Positions 37,399 through 53,000 of a stretch of 64,000 nt of DNA are shown in pieces (position 1 is the first letter of the stretch; each line of letters opens with the position of its first letter). The position numbers and the translations under genes were made by a program. The stretch spans positions 21,700,001 to 21,764,000 of the forward strand of contig OZ059895.1 in the NCBI GenBank assembly GCA_964057225.1, in the 5' to 3' direction. The notes beneath the pieces are model-generated. The model saw only the letters and a list, made by a program, of their open reading frames with translations, was not told the DNA's origin and ran no database searches. This stretch comes from Auanema rhodensis. Taxonomy: Eukaryota > Animalia > Nematoda.

Positions 37399-39213
37399 CT
37401 TCTTGCTAAATTATTTTGAAATTTTTCGAAAAAATTTTTGTCAAAATGTTTTTGGAAGCAATGTTGAGTGTACATGGAAACTCAACATACACTAATGCAT
37501 CATTTTTCAAACGATCATAACTAATTTTTGTATTGAGCGTTTCTCAATGTAGTATAGTGCATTCGATGCGGATTTTTAAGCTGCGTCGATCTGTGTTATC
37601 AGATTTGCGCTAGCTTAAAAATGCACCGAGATATCAACTGATATATGTTCACACTTATATCCTCGATTTTCACCCTGAAGAAATTATTTTTTCGTTGAAT
37701 AACATTGTCCATCGTCTTTGCCTTGAAAAAAGGAATCTAAAAACATCTACTTCTTGCTAAATTATTTTGAAATTTTTCGAAAAAATTTTTGTCAAAATGT
37801 TTTTGGAAGCAATGTTGAGTGTACATGGAAACTCAACATACACTAATGCATCATTTTTCAAACGATCATAACTAATTTTTGTATTGAGCGTTTCTCAATG
37901 TAGTATAGTGCATTCGATGCGGATTTTTAAGCTGCGTCGATCTGTGTTATCAGATTTGCGCTAGCTTAAAAATGCACCGAGATATCAACTGATATATGTT
38001 CACACTTATATCCTCGATTTTCACCCTGAAGAAATTATTTTTTCGTTGAATAACATTGTCCATCGTCTTTGCCTTGAAAAAAGGAATCTAAAAACATCTA
38101 CTTCTTGCTAAATTATCTTGAAATTTTTCGAAAAAATTTTTGTCAAAATGTTTTTGGAAGCAATGTTGAGTGTACATGGAAACTCAACATACACTAATGC
38201 ATCATTTTTCAAACGATCATAACTAATTTTTGTATTGAGCGTTTCTCAATGTAGTATAGTGCATTCGATGCGGATTTTTAAGCTGCGTCGATCTGTGTTA
38301 TCAGATTTGCTCTAGCTTAAAAATGCACCGAGATATCAACTGATATATGTTCACACTTATATCCTCGATTTTCACCCTGAAGAAATTATTTTTTCGTTGA
38401 ATAACATTGTCCATCGTCTTTGCCTTGAAAAAAGGAATCTAAAAACATCTACTTCTTGCTAAATTATTTTGAAATTTTTCGAAAAAATTTTTGTCAAAAT
38501 GTTTTTGGAAGCAATGTTGAGTGTACATGGAAACTCAACATACACTAATGCATCATTTTTCAAACGATCATAACTAATTTTTGTATTGAGCGTTTCTCAA
38601 TGTAGTATAGTGCATTCGATGCGGATTTTTAAGCTGTGTCGATCTGTGTTATCAGATTTGCGCTAGCTTAAAAATGCACCGAGATATCAACTGATATATG
38701 TTCACACTTATATCCTCGATTTTCACCCTGAAGAAATTATTTTTTCGTTGAATAACATTGTCCATCGTCTTTGCCTTGAAAAAAGGAATCTAAAAACATC
38801 TACTTCTTGCTAAATTATTTTGAAATTTTTCGAAAAAATTTTTGTCAAAATGTTTTTGGAAGCAATGTTGAGTGTACATGGAAACTCAACATACACTAAT
38901 GCATCATTTTTCAAACGATCATAACTAATTTTTGTATTGAGCGTTTCTCAATGTAGTATAGTGCATTCGATACGGATTTTTAAGCTGCGTCGATCTGTGT
39001 TATCAGATTTGCGCTAGCTTAAAAATGCACCGAGATATCAACTGATATATGTTCACACTTATATCCTCGATTTTTACCCTGAAGAAATTATTTTTTCGTT
39101 GAATAACATTGTCCATCGTCTTTGCCTTGAAAAAAGGAATCTAAAAACATCTACTTCTTGCTAAATTATTTTGAAATTTTTCGAAAAAATTTTTGTCAAA
39201 ATGTTTTTGGAAG

Positions 39214-42021
39214 CAATGTTGAGTGTACATGGAAACTCAACATACACTAATGCATCATTTTTCAAACGATCATAACTAATTTTTGTATTGAGCGTTTCTC
39301 GATGTAGTATAGTGCATTCGATGCGGATTTTTAAGCTGCGTCGATCTGTGTTATCAGATTTGCGCTAGCTTAAAAATGCACCGAGATATCAACTGATATA
39401 AGTTCACACTTAGATCCTCGATTTTCACCCTGAAGAATTAATTTTTTCGTTGAATAACAATGTCCATCGTCTTTGCCTTGAAAAAACAAATCTAAAAACA
39501 TCTACTTCTTGCTAAATTATTTTGAAATTTTTCGAAAAAATTTTTGTCAAAATGTTTTTGGAAGCAATGTTGAGTGTACATGGAAACTCAACATACACTA
39601 ATGCATCATTTTTCAAACGATCATAACTAATTTTTGTATTAAGCGTTTTTCAATGTAGTATAGTGCATTCGATGCGGATTTTTAAGCTGCGTCGATCTGT
39701 GTTATCAGATTTGCGCTAGCTTAAAAATGCACCGAGATATCAACTGATATATGTTCACACTTATATCCTCGATTTTCACCCTGAAGAAATTATTTTTTCG
39801 TTGAATAACATTGTCCATCGTCTTTGCCTTGAAAAAAGGAATCTAAAAACATCTACTTCTTGCTAAATTATTTTGAAATTTTTCGAAAAAATTTTTGTCA
39901 AAATGTTTTTGGAAGCAATGTTGAGTGTACATGGAAACTCAACATACACTAATGCATCATTTTTCAAACGATCATAACTAATTTTTGTATTGAGCGTTTC
40001 TCAATGTAGTATAGTGCATTCGATGCGGATTTTTAAGCTGCGTCGATCTGTGTTATCAGATTTGCTCTAGCTTAAAAATACACCGAGATATCAACTGATA
40101 TATGTTCACACTTATATCCTCGATTTTCACCCTGAAGAAATTATTTTTTCGTTGAATAACATTGTCCATCGTCTTTGCCTTGAAAAAAGGAATCTAAAAA
40201 CATCTACTTCTTGCTAAATTATTTTGAAATTTTTCGAAAAAATTTTTGTCAAAATGTTTTTGGAAGCAATGTTGATTGTACATGGAAACTCAACATACAC
40301 TAATGCATCATTTTTCAAACGATCATAACTAATTTTTGTATTAAGCGTTTCTCAATGTAGTATAGTGCATTCGATGCGGATTTTTAAGCTGCGTCGATCT
40401 GTGTTATCAGATTTGCTCTAGCTTAAAAATGCACCGAGATATCAACTGATATATGTTCACACTTATATCCTCGATTTTCACCCTGAAGAAATTATTTTTT
40501 CGTTGAATAACATTGTCCATCGTCTTTGCCTTGAAAAAAGGAATCTAAAAACATCTACTTCTTGCTAAATTATTTTGAAATTTTTCGAAAAAATTTTTGT
40601 CAAAATGTTTTTGGAAGCAATGTTGAGTGTACATGGAAACTCAACATACACTAATGCATCATTTTTCAAACGATCATAACTAATTTTTGTATTGAGCGTT
40701 TCTCGATGTAGTATAGTGCATTCGATGCGGATTTTTAAGCTGCGTCGATCTGTGTTATCAGATTTGCGCTAGCTTAAAAATGCACCGAGATATCAACTGA
40801 TATAAGTTCACACTTAGATCCTCGATTTTCACCCTGAAGAATTAATTTTTTCGTTGAATAACAATGTCCATCGTCTTTGCCTTGAAAAAACAAATCTAAA
40901 AACATCTACTTCTTGCTAAATTATTTTGAAATTTTTCGAAAAAATTTTTGTCAAAATGTTTTTGGAAGCAATGTTGAGTGTACATGGAAACTCAACATAC
41001 ACTAATGCATCATTTTTCAAACGATCATAACTAATTTTTGTATTAAGCGTTTTTCAATGTAGTATAGTGCATTCGATGCGGATTTTTAAGCTGCGTCGAT
41101 CTGTGTTATCAGATTTGCGCTAGCTTAAAAATGCACCGAGATATCAACTGATATATGTTCACACTTATATCCTCGATTTTCACCCTGAAGAAATTATTTT
41201 TTCGTTGAATAACATTGTCCATCGTCTTTGCCTTGAAAAAAGGAATCTAAAAACATCTACTTCTTGCTAAATTATTTTGAAATTTTTCGAAAAAATTTTT
41301 GTCAAAATGTTTTTGGAAGCAATGTTGAGTGTACATGGAAACTCAACATACACTAATGCATCATTTTTCAAACGATCATAACTAATTTTTGTATTGAGCG
41401 TTTCTCAATGTAGTATAGTGCATTCGATGCGGATTTTTAAGCTGCGTCGATCTGTGTTATCAGATTTGCTCTAGCTTAAAAATACACCGAGATATCAACT
41501 GATATATGTTCACACTTATATCCTCGATTTTCACCCTGAAGAAATTATTTTTTCGTTGAATAACATTGTCCATCGTCTTTGCCTTGAAAAAAGGAATCTA
41601 AAAACATCTACTTCTTGCTAAATTATTTTGAAATTTTTCGAAAAAATTTTTGTCAAAATGTTTTTGGAAGCAATGTTGATTGTACATGGAAACTCAACAT
41701 ACACTAATGCATCATTTTTCAAACGATCATAACTAATTTTTGTATTAAGCGTTTCTCAATGTAGTATAGTGCATTCGATGCGGATTTTTAAGCTGCGTCG
41801 ATCTGTGTTATCAGATTTGCTCTAGCTTAAAAATGCACCGAGATATCAACTGATATATGTTCACACTTATATCCTCGATTTTCACCCTGAAGAAATTATT
41901 TTTTCGTTGAATAACATTGTCCATCGTCTTTGCCTTGAAAAAAGGAATCTAAAAACATCTACTTCTTGCTAAATTATTTTGAAATTTTTCGAAAAAATTT
42001 TTGTCAAAATGTTTTTGGAAG
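39214..42021 (+). repeat. Tandem 4-mer duplication (M109-112 = M113-116; 1404-bp unit)
   Basis: Rare SNPs repeat at offset 1404: 39649/41053, 40080/41484, 40276/41680. Confidence 0.92.
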
Positions 42022-45000
42022 CAATGTTGAGTGTACATGGAAACTCAACATACACTAATGCATCATTTTTCAAACGATCATAACTAATTTTTGTATTGAG
42101 CGTTTCTCAATGTAGTATAGTGCATTCGATGCGGATTTTTAAGCTGCGTCGATCTGTGTTATCAGATTTGCTCTAGCTTAAAAATGCACCGAGATATCAA
42201 CTGATATATGTTCACACTTATATCCTCGATTTTCACCCTGAAGAAATTATTTTTTCGTTGAATAACATTGTCCATCGTCTTTGCCTTGAAAAAAGGAATC
42301 TAAAAACATCTACTTCTTGCTAAATTATTTTGAAATTTTTCGAAAAAATTTTTGTCAAAATGTTTTTGGAAGCAATGTTGAGTGTACATGGAAACTCAAC
42401 ATACACTAATGCATCATTTTTCAAACGATCATAACTAATTTTTGTATTAAGCGTTTCTCAATGTAGTATAGTGCATTCGATGCGGATTTTTAAGCTGCGT
42501 CGATCTGTGTTATCAGATTTGCTCTAGCTTAAAAATGCACCGAGATATCAACTGATATATGTTCACACTTATATCCTCGATTTTCACCCTGAAGAAATTA
42601 TTTTTTCGTTGAATAACATTGTCCATCGTCTTTGCCTTGAAAAAAGGAATCTAAAAACATCTACTTCTTGCTAAATTATTTTGAAATTTTTCGAAAAAAT
42701 TTTTGTCAAAATGTTTTTGGAAGCAATGTTGAGTGTACATGGAAACTCAACATACACTAATGCATCATTTTTCAAACGATCATAACTAATTTTTGTATTG
42801 AGCGTTTCTCGATGTAGTATAGTGCATTCGATGCGGATTTTTAAGCTGCGTCGATCTGTGTTATCAGATTTGCGCTAGCTTAAAAATGCACCGAGATATC
42901 AACTGATATATGTTCACACTTATATCCTCGATTTTCACCCTGAAGAAATTATTTTTTCGTTGAATAACATTGTCCATCGTCTTTGCCTTGAAAAAAGGAA
43001 TCTAAAAACATCTACTTCTTGCTAAATTATTTTGAAATTTTTCGAAAAAATTTTTGTCAAAATGTTTTTGGAAGCAATGTTGAGTGTACATGGAAACTCA
43101 ACATACACTAATGCATCATTTTTCAAACGATCATAACTAATTTTTGTATTGAGCGTTTCTCAATGTAGTATAGTGCATTCGATGCGGATTTTTAAGCTGC
43201 GTCGATCTGTGTTATCAGATTTGCGCTAGCTTAAAAATGCACCGAGATATCAACTGATATATGTTCACACTTATATCCTCGATTTTCACCCTGAAGAAAT
43301 TATTTTTTCGTTGAATAACATTGTCCATCGTCTTTGCCTTGAAAAAAGGAATCTAAAAACATCTACTTCTTGCTAAATTATTTTGAAATTTTTCGAAAAA
43401 ATTTTTGTCAAAATGTTTTTGGAAGCAATGTTGAGTGTACATGGAAACTCAACATACACTAATGCATCATTTTTCAAACGATCATAACTAATTTTTGTAT
43501 TAAGCGTTTCTCAATGTAGTATAGTGCATTCGATGCGGATTTTTAAGCTGCGTCGATCTGTGTTATCAGATTTGCTCTAGCTTAAAAATGCACCGAGATA
43601 TCAACTGATATATGTTTACACTTATATCCTCGATTTTCACCCTGAAGAAATTATTTTTTCGTTGAATAACATTGTCCATCGTCTTTGCCTTGAAAAAAGG
43701 AATCTAAAAACATCTACTTCTTGCTAAATTATTTTGAAATTTTTCGAAAAAATTTTTGTCAAAATGTTTTTGGAAGCAATGTTGAGTGTACATGGAAACT
43801 CAACATACACTAATGCATCATTTTTCAAACGATCATAACTAATTTTTGTATTGAGCGTTTCTCGATGTAGTATAGTGCATTCGATGCGGATTTTTAAGCT
43901 GCGTCGATCTGTGTTATCAGATTTGCGCTAGCTTAAAAATGCACCGAGATATCAACTGATATAAGTTCACACTTAGATCCTCGATTTTCACCCTGAAGAA
44001 TTAATTTTTTCGTTGAATAACAATGTCCATCGTCTTTGCCTTGAAAAAAGAAATCTAAAAACATCTACTTCTTGCTAAATTATTTTGAAATTTTTCGAAA
44101 AAATTTTTGTCAAAATGTTTTTGGAAGCAATGTTGAGTGTACATGGAAACTCAACATACACTAATGCATCATTTTTCAAACGATCATAACTAATTTTTGT
44201 ATTGAGCGTTTCTCAATGTAGTATAGTGCATTCGATGCGGATTTTTAAGCTGCGTCGATCTGTGTTATCAGATTTGCGCTAGCTTAAAAATGCACCGAGA
44301 TATCAACTGATATATGTTCACACTTATATCCTCGATTTTCACCCTGAAGAAATTATTTTTTCGTTGAATAACATTGTCCATCGTCTTTGCCTTGAAAAAA
44401 GGAATCTAAAAACATCTACTTCTTGCTAAATTATTTTGAAATTTTTCGAAAAAATTTTTGTCAAAATGTTTTTGGAAGCAATGTTGAGTGTACATGGAAA
44501 CTCAACATACACTAATGCATCATTTTTCAAACGATCATAACTAATTTTTGTATTGAGCGTTTCTCAATGTAGTATAGTGCATTCGATGCGGATTTTTAAG
44601 CTGCGTCGATCTGTGTTATCAGATTTGCTCTAGCTTAAAAATGCACCGAGATATCAACTGATATATGTTCACACTTATATCCTCGATTTTCACCCTGAAG
44701 AAATTATTTTTTCGTTGAATAACAATGTCCATCGTCTTTGCCTTGAAAAAAGGAATCTAAAAACATCTACTTCTTGCTAAATTATTTTGAAATTTTTCGA
44801 AAAAATTTTTGTCAAAATGTTTTTGGAAGCAATGTTGAGTGTACATGGAAACTCAACATACACTAATGCATCATTTTTCAAACGATCATAACTAATTTTT
44901 GTATTAAGCGTTTCTCAATGTAGTATAGTGCATTCGATGCGGATTTTTAAGCTGCGTCGATCTGTGTTATCAGATTTGCTCTAGCTTAAAAATGCACCGA

Positions 45001-48000
45001 GATATCAACTGATATATGTTCACACTTATATCCTCGATTTTCACCCTGAAGAAATTATTTTTTCGTTGAATAACATTGTCCATCGTCTTTGCCTTGAAAA
45101 AAGGAATCTAAAAACATCTACTTCTTGCTAAATTATTTTGAAATTTTTCGAAAAAATTTTTGTCAAAATGTTTTTGGAAGCAATGTTGAGTGTACATGGA
45201 AACTCAACATACACTAATGCATCATTTTTCAAACGATCATAACTAATTTTTGTATTGAGCGTTTCTCGATGTAGTATAGTGCATTCGATGCGGATTTTTA
45301 AGCTGCGTCGATCTGTGTTATCAGATTTGCGCTAGCTTAAAAATGCACCGAGATATCAACTGATATAAGTTCACACTTAGATCCTCGATTTTCACCCTGA
45401 AGAATTAATTTTTTCGTTGAATAACAATGTCCATCGTCTTTGCCTTGAAAAAACAAATCTAAAAACATCTACTTCTTGCTAAATTATTTTGAAATTTTTC
45501 GAAAAAATTTTTGTCAAAATGTTTTTGGAAGCAATGTTGAGTGTACATGGAAACTCAACATACACTAATGCATCATTTTTCAAACGATCATAACTAATTT
45601 TTGTATTAAGCGTTTTTCAATGTAGTATAGTGCATTCGATGCGGATTTTTAAGCTGCGTCGATCTGTGTTATCAGATTTGCGCTAGCTTAAAAATGCACC
45701 GAGATATCAACTGATATATGTTCACACTTATATCCTCGATTTTCACCCTGAAGAAATTATTTTTTCGTTGAATAACATTGTCCATCGTCTTTGCCTTGAA
45801 AAAAGGAATCTAAAAACATCTACTTCTTGCTAAATTATTTCGAAATTTTTCGAAAAAATTTTTGTCAAAATGTTTTTGGAAGCAATGTTGAGTGTACATG
45901 GAAACTCAACATACACTAATGCATCATTTTTCAAACGATCATAACTAATTTTTGTATTGAGCGTTTCTCAATGTAGTATAGTGCATTCGATGCGGATTTT
46001 TAAGCTGCGTCGATCTGTGTTATCAGATTTGCTCTAGCTTAAAAATGCACCGAGATATCAACTGATATATGTTCACACTTATATCCTCGATTTTCACCCT
46101 GAAGAAATTATTTTTTCGTTGAATAACATTGTCCATCGTCTTTGCCTTGAAAAAAGGAATCTAAAAACATCTACTTCTTGCTAAATTATTTTGAAATTTT
46201 TCGAAAAAATTTTTGTCAAAATGTTTTTGGAAGCAATGTTGAGTGTACATGGAAACTCAACATACACTAATGCATCATTTTTCAAACGATCATAACTAAT
46301 TTTTGTATTGAGCGTTTCTCAATGTAGTATAGTGCATTCGATGCGGATTTTTAAGCTGCGTCGATCTGTGTTATCAGATTTGCGCTAGCTTAAAAATGCA
46401 CCGAGATATCAACTGATATATGTTCACACTTATATCCTCGATTTTCACCCTGAAGAAATTATTTTTTCGTTGAATAACATTGTCCATCGTCTTTGCCTTG
46501 AAAAAAGGAATCTAAAAACATCTACTTCTTGCTAAATTATTTTGAAATTTTTCGAAAAAATTTTTGTCAAAATGTTTTTGGAAGCAATGTTGAGTGTACA
46601 TGGAAACTCAACATACACTAATGCATCATTTTTCAAACGATCATAACTAATTTTTGTATTAAGCGTTTCTCAATGTAGTATAGTGCATTCGATGCGGATT
46701 TTTAAGCTGCGTCGATCTGTGTTATCAGATTTGCTCTAGCTTAAAAATGCACCGAGATATCAACTGATATATGTTCACACTTATATCCTCGATTTTCACC
46801 CTGAAGAAATTATTTTTTCGTTGAATAACATTGTCCATCGTCTTTGCCTTGAAAAAAGGAATCTAAAAACATCTACTTCTTGCTAAATTATTTTGAAATT
46901 TTTCGAAAAAATTTTTGTCAAAATGTTTTTGGAAGCAATGTTGAGTGTACATGGAAACTCAACATACACTAATGCATCATTTTTCAAACGATCATAACTA
47001 ATTTTTGTATTGAGCGTTTCTCGATGTAGTATAGTGCATTCGATGCGGATTTTTAAGCTGCGTCGATCTGTGTTATCAGATTTGCGCTAGCTTAAAAATG
47101 CACCGAGATATCAACTGATATAAGTTCACACTTAGATCCTCGATTTTCACCCTGAAGAATTAATTTTTTCGTTGAATAACAATGTCCATCGTCTTTGCCT
47201 TGAAAAAAGAAATCTAAAAACATCTACTTCTTGCTAAATTATTTTGAAATTTTTCGAAAAAATTTTTGTCAAAATGTTTTTGGAAGCAATGTTGAGTGTA
47301 CATGGAAACTCAACATACACTAATGCATCATTTTTCAAACGATCATAACTAATTTTTGTATTGAGCGTTTCTCAATGTAGTATAGTGCATTCGATGCGGA
47401 TTTTTAAGCTGCGTCGATCTGTGTTATCAGATTTGCGCTAGCTTAAAAATGCACCGAGATATCAACTGATATATGTTCACACTTATATCCTCGATTTTCA
47501 CCCTGAAGAAATTATTTTTTCGTTGAATAACATTGTCCATCGTCTTTGCCTTGAAAAAAGGAATCTAAAAACATCTACTTCTTGCTAAATTATTTTGAAA
47601 TTTTTCGAAAAAATTTTTGTCAAAATGTTTTTGGAAGCAATGTTGAGTGTACATGGAAACTCAACATACACTAATGCATCATTTTTCAAACGATCATAAC
47701 TAATTTTTGTATTAAGCGTTTCTCAATGTAGTATAGTGCATTCGATGCGGATTTTTAAGCTGCGTCGATCTGTGTTATCAGATTTGCTCTAGCTTAAAAA
47801 TGCACCGAGATATCAACTGATATATGTTCACACTTATATCCTCGATTTTCACCCTGAAGAAATTATTTTTTCGTTGAATAACATTGTCCATCGTCTTTGC
47901 CTTGAAAAAAGGAATCTAAAAACATCTACTTCTTGCTAAATTATTTTGAAATTTTTCGAAAAAATTTTTGTCAAAATGTTTTTGGAAGCAATGTTGAGTG

Positions 48001-50094
48001 TACATGGAAACTCAACATACACTAATGCATCATTTTTCAAACGATCATAACTAATTTTTGTATTGAGCGTTTCTCGATGTAGTATAGTGCATTCGATGCG
48101 GATTTTTAAGCTGCGTCGATCTGTGTTATCAGATTTGCGCTAGCTTAAAAATGCACCGAGATATCAACTGATATAAGTTCACACTTAGATCCTCGATTTT
48201 CACCCTGAAGAATTAATTTTTTCGTTGAATAACAATGTCCATCGTCTTTGCCTTGAAAAAAGAAATCTAAAAACATCTACTTCTTGCTAAATTATTTTGA
48301 AATTTTTCGAAAAAATTTTTGTCAAAATGTTTTTGGAAGCAATGTTGAGTGTACATGGAAACTCAACATACACTAATGCATCATTTTTCAAACGATCATA
48401 ACTAATTTTTGTATTGAGCGTTTCTCAATGTAGTATAGTGCATTCGATGCGGATTTTTAAGCTGCGTCGATCTGTGTTATCAGATTTGCGCTAGCTTAAA
48501 AATGCACCGAGATATCAACTGATATATGTTCACACTTATATCCTCGATTTTCACCCTGAAGAAATTATTTTTTCGTTGAATAACATTGTCCATCGTCTTT
48601 GCCTTGAAAAAAGGAATCTAAAAACATCTACTTCTTGCTAAATTATTTTGAAATTTTTCGAAAAAATTTTTGTCAAAATGTTTTTGGAAGCAATGTTGAG
48701 TGTACATGGAAACTCAACATACACTAATGCATCATTTTTCAAACGATCATAACTAATTTTTGTATTGAGCGTTTCTCAATGTAGTATAGTGCATTCGATG
48801 CGGATTTTTAAGCTGCGTCGATCTGTGTTATCAGATTTGCGCTAGCTTAAAAATGCACCGAGATATCAACTGATATATGTTCACACTTATATCCTCGATT
48901 TTCACCCTGAAGAAATTATTTTTTCGTTGAATAACATTGTCCATCGTCTTTGCCTTGAAAAAAGGAATCTAAAAACATCTACTTCTTGCTAAATTATTTT
49001 GAAATTTTTCGAAAAAATTTTTGTCAAAATGTTTTTGGAAGCAATGTTGAGTGTACATGGAAACTCAACATACACTAATGCATCATTTTTCAAACGATCA
49101 TAACTAATTTTTGTATTGAGCGTTTCTCAATGTAGTATAGTGCATTCGATGCGGATTTTCAAGCTGCGTCGATCTGTGTTATCAGATTTGCGCTAGCTTA
49201 AAAATGCACCGAGATATCAACTGATATATGTTCACACTTATATCCTCGATTTTCACCCTGAAGAAATTATTTTTTCGTTGAATAACATTGTCCATCGTCT
49301 TTGCCTTGAAAAAAGGAATCTAAAAACATCTACTTCTTGCTAAATTATTTTGAAATTTTTCGAAAAAATTTTTGTCAAAATGTTTTTGGAAGCAATGTTG
49401 AGTGTACATGGAAACTCAACATACACTAATGCATCATTTTTCAAACGATCATAACTAATTTTTGTATTGAGCGTTTCTCAATGTAGTATAGTGCATTCGA
49501 TGCGGATTTTTAAGCTGCGTCGATCTGTGTTATCAGATTTGCGCTAGCTTAAAAATGCACCGAGATATCAACTGATATATGTTCACACTTATATCCTCGA
49601 TTTTCACCCTGAAGAAATTATTTTTTCGTTGAATAACATTGTCCATCGTCTTTGCCTTGAAAAAAGGAATCTAAAAACATCTACTTCTTGCTAAATTATT
49701 TTGAAATTTTTCGAAAAAATTTTTGTCAAAATGTTTTTGGAAGCAATGTTGAGTGTACATGGAAACTCAACATACACTAATGCATCATTTTTCAAACGAT
49801 CATAACTAATTTTTGTATTGAGCGTTTCTCGATGTAGTATAGTGCATTCGATGCGGATTTTTAAGCTGCGTCGATCTGTGTTATCAGATTTGCGCTAGCT
49901 TAAAAATGCACCGAGATATCAACTGATATAAGTTCACACTTAGATCCTCGATTTTCACCCTGAAGAATTAATTTTTTCGTTGAATAACAATGTCCATCGT
50001 CTTTGCCTTGAAAAAAGAAATCTAAAAACATCTACTTCTTGCTAAATTATTTTGAAATTTTTCGAAAAAATTTTTGTCAAAATGTTTTTGGAAG

Positions 50095-53000
50095 CAATGT
50101 TGAGTGTACATGGAAACTCAACATACACTAATGCATCATTTTTCAAACGATCATAACTAATTTTTGTATTGAGCGTTTCTCGATGTAGTATAGTGCATTC
50201 GATGCGGATTTTTAAGCTGCGTCGATCTGTGTTATCAGATTTGCGCTAGCTTAAAAATGCACCGAGATATCAACTGATATAAGTTCACACTTAGATCCTC
50301 GATTTTCACCCTGAAGAATTAATTTTTTCGTTGAATAACAATGTCCATCGTCTTTGCCTTGAAAAAACAAATCTAAAAACATCTACTTCTTGCTAAATTA
50401 TTTTGAAATTTTTCGAAAAAATTTTTGTCAAAATGTTTTTGGAAGCAATGTTGAGTGTACATGGAAACTCAACATACACTAATGCATCATTTTTCAAACG
50501 ATCATAACTAATTTTTGTATTAAGCGTTTTTCAATGTAGTATAGTGCATTCGATGCGGATTTTTAAGCTGCGTCGATCTGTGTTATCAGATTTGCGCTAG
50601 CTTAAAAATGCACCGAGATATCAACTGATATATGTTCACACTTATATCCTCGATTTTCACCCTGAAGAAATTATTTTTTCGTTGAATAACATTGTCCATC
50701 GTCTTTGCCTTGAAAAAAGGAATCTAAAAACATCTACTTCTTGCTAAATTATTTTGAAATTTTTCGAAAAAATTTTTGTCAAAATGTTTTTGGAAGCAAT
50801 GTTGAGTGTACATGGAAACTCAACATACACTAATGCATCATTTTTCAAACGATCATAACTAATTTTTGTATTGAGCGTTTCTCAATGTAGTATAGTGCAT
50901 TCGATGCGGATTTTTAAGCTGCGTCGATCTGTGTTATCAGATTTGCGCTAGCTTAAAAATGCACCGAGATATCAACTGATATAAGTTCACACTTATATCC
51001 TCGATTTTCACCCTGAAGAAATTATTTTTTCGTTGAATAACATTGTCCATCGTCTTTGCCTTGAAAAAAGGAATCTAAAAACATCTACTTCTTGCTAAAT
51101 TATTTTGAAATTTTTCGAAAAAATTTTTGTCAAAATGTTTTTGGAAGCAATGTTGAGTGTACATGGAAACTCAACATACACTAATGCATCATTTTTCAAA
51201 CGATCATAACTAATTTTTGTATTGAGCGTTTCTCAATGTAGTATAGTGCATTCGATGCGGATTTTCAAGCTGCGTCGATCTGTGTTATCAGATTTGCGCT
51301 AGCTTAAAAATGCACCGAGATATCAACTGATATATGTTCACACTTATATCCTCGATTTTCACCCTGAAGAAATTATTTTTTCGTTGAATAACATTGTCCA
51401 TCGTCTTTGCCTTGAAAAAAGGAATCTAAAAACATCTACTTCTTGCTGAATTATTTTGAAATTTTTCGAAAAAATTTTTGTCAAAATGTTTTTGGAAGCA
51501 ATGTTGAGTGTACATGGAAACTCAACATACACTAATGCATCATTTTTCAAACGATCATAACTAATTTTTGTATTGAGCGTTTCTCAATGTAGTATAGTGC
51601 ATTCGATGCGGATTTTTAAGCTGCGTCGATCTGTGTTATCAGATTTGCGCTAGCTTAAAAATGCACCGAGATATCAACTGATATATGTTCACACTTATAT
51701 CCTCGATTTTCACCCTGAAGAAATTATTTTTTCGTTGAATAACATTGTCCATCGTCTTTGCCTTGAAAAAAGGAATCTAAAAACATCTACTTCTTGCTAA
51801 ATTATTTTGAAATTTTTCGAAAAAATTTTTGTCAAAATGTTTTTGGAAGCAATGTTGAGTGTACATGGAAACTCAACATACACTAATGCATCATTTTTCA
51901 AACGATCATAACTAATTTTTGTATTGAGCGTTTCTCAATGTAGTATAGTGCATTCGATGCGGATTTTTAAGCTGCGTCGATCTGTGTTATCAGATTTGCG
52001 CTAGCTTAAAAATGCACCGAGATATCAACTGATATAAGTTCACACTTAGATCCTCGATTTTCACCCTGAAGAATTAATTTTTTCGTTGAATAACAATGTC
52101 CATCGTCTTTGCCTTGAAAAAACAAATCTAAAAACATCTACTTCTTGCTAAATTATTTTGAAATTTTTCGAAAAAATTTTTGTCAAAATGTTTTTGGAAG
52201 CAATGTTGAGTGTACATGGAAACTCAACATACACTAATGCATCATTTTTCAAACGATCATAACTAATTTTTGTATTAAGCGTTTTTCAATGTAGTATAGT
52301 GCATTCGATGCGGATTTTTAAGCTGCGTCGATCTGTGTTATCAGATTTGCGCTAGCTTAAAAATGCACCGAGATATCAACTGATATATGTTCACACTTAT
52401 ATCCTCGATTTTCACCCTGAAGAAATTATTTTTTCGTTGAATAACATTGTCCATCGTCTTTGCCTTGAAAAAAGGAATCTAAAAACATCTACTTCTTGCT
52501 AAATTATTTTGAAATTTTTCGAAAAAATTTTTGTCAAAATGTTTTTGGAAGCAATGTTGAGTGTACATGGAAACTCAACATACACTAATGCATCATTTTT
52601 CAAACGATCATAACTAATTTTTGTATTGAGCGTTTCTCAATGTAGTATAGTGCATTCGATGCGGATTTTTAAGCTGCGTCGATCTGTGTTATCAGATTTG
52701 CGCTAGCTTAAAAATGCACCGAGATATCAACTGATATAAGTTCACACTTATATCCTCGATTTTCACCCTGAAGAAATTGTTTTTTCGTTGAATAACATTG
52801 TCCATCGTCTTTGCCTTGAAAAAAGGAATCTAAAAACATCTACTTCTTGCTAAATTATTTTGAAATTTTTCGAAAAAATTTTTGTCAAAATGTTTTTGGA
52901 AGCAATGTTGAGTGTACATGGAAACTCAACATACACTAATGCATCATTTTTCAAACGATCATAACTAATTTTTGTATTGAGCGTTTCTCAATGTAGTATA

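Noticed and set aside
51359-51550. 63-aa minus-strand ORF (identical copy at 53114-53305)
   Set aside because: Satellite sequence where SNP p301 A>G turns a TAG into CAG. The two copies come from the 5-mer duplication. No protein-like features.
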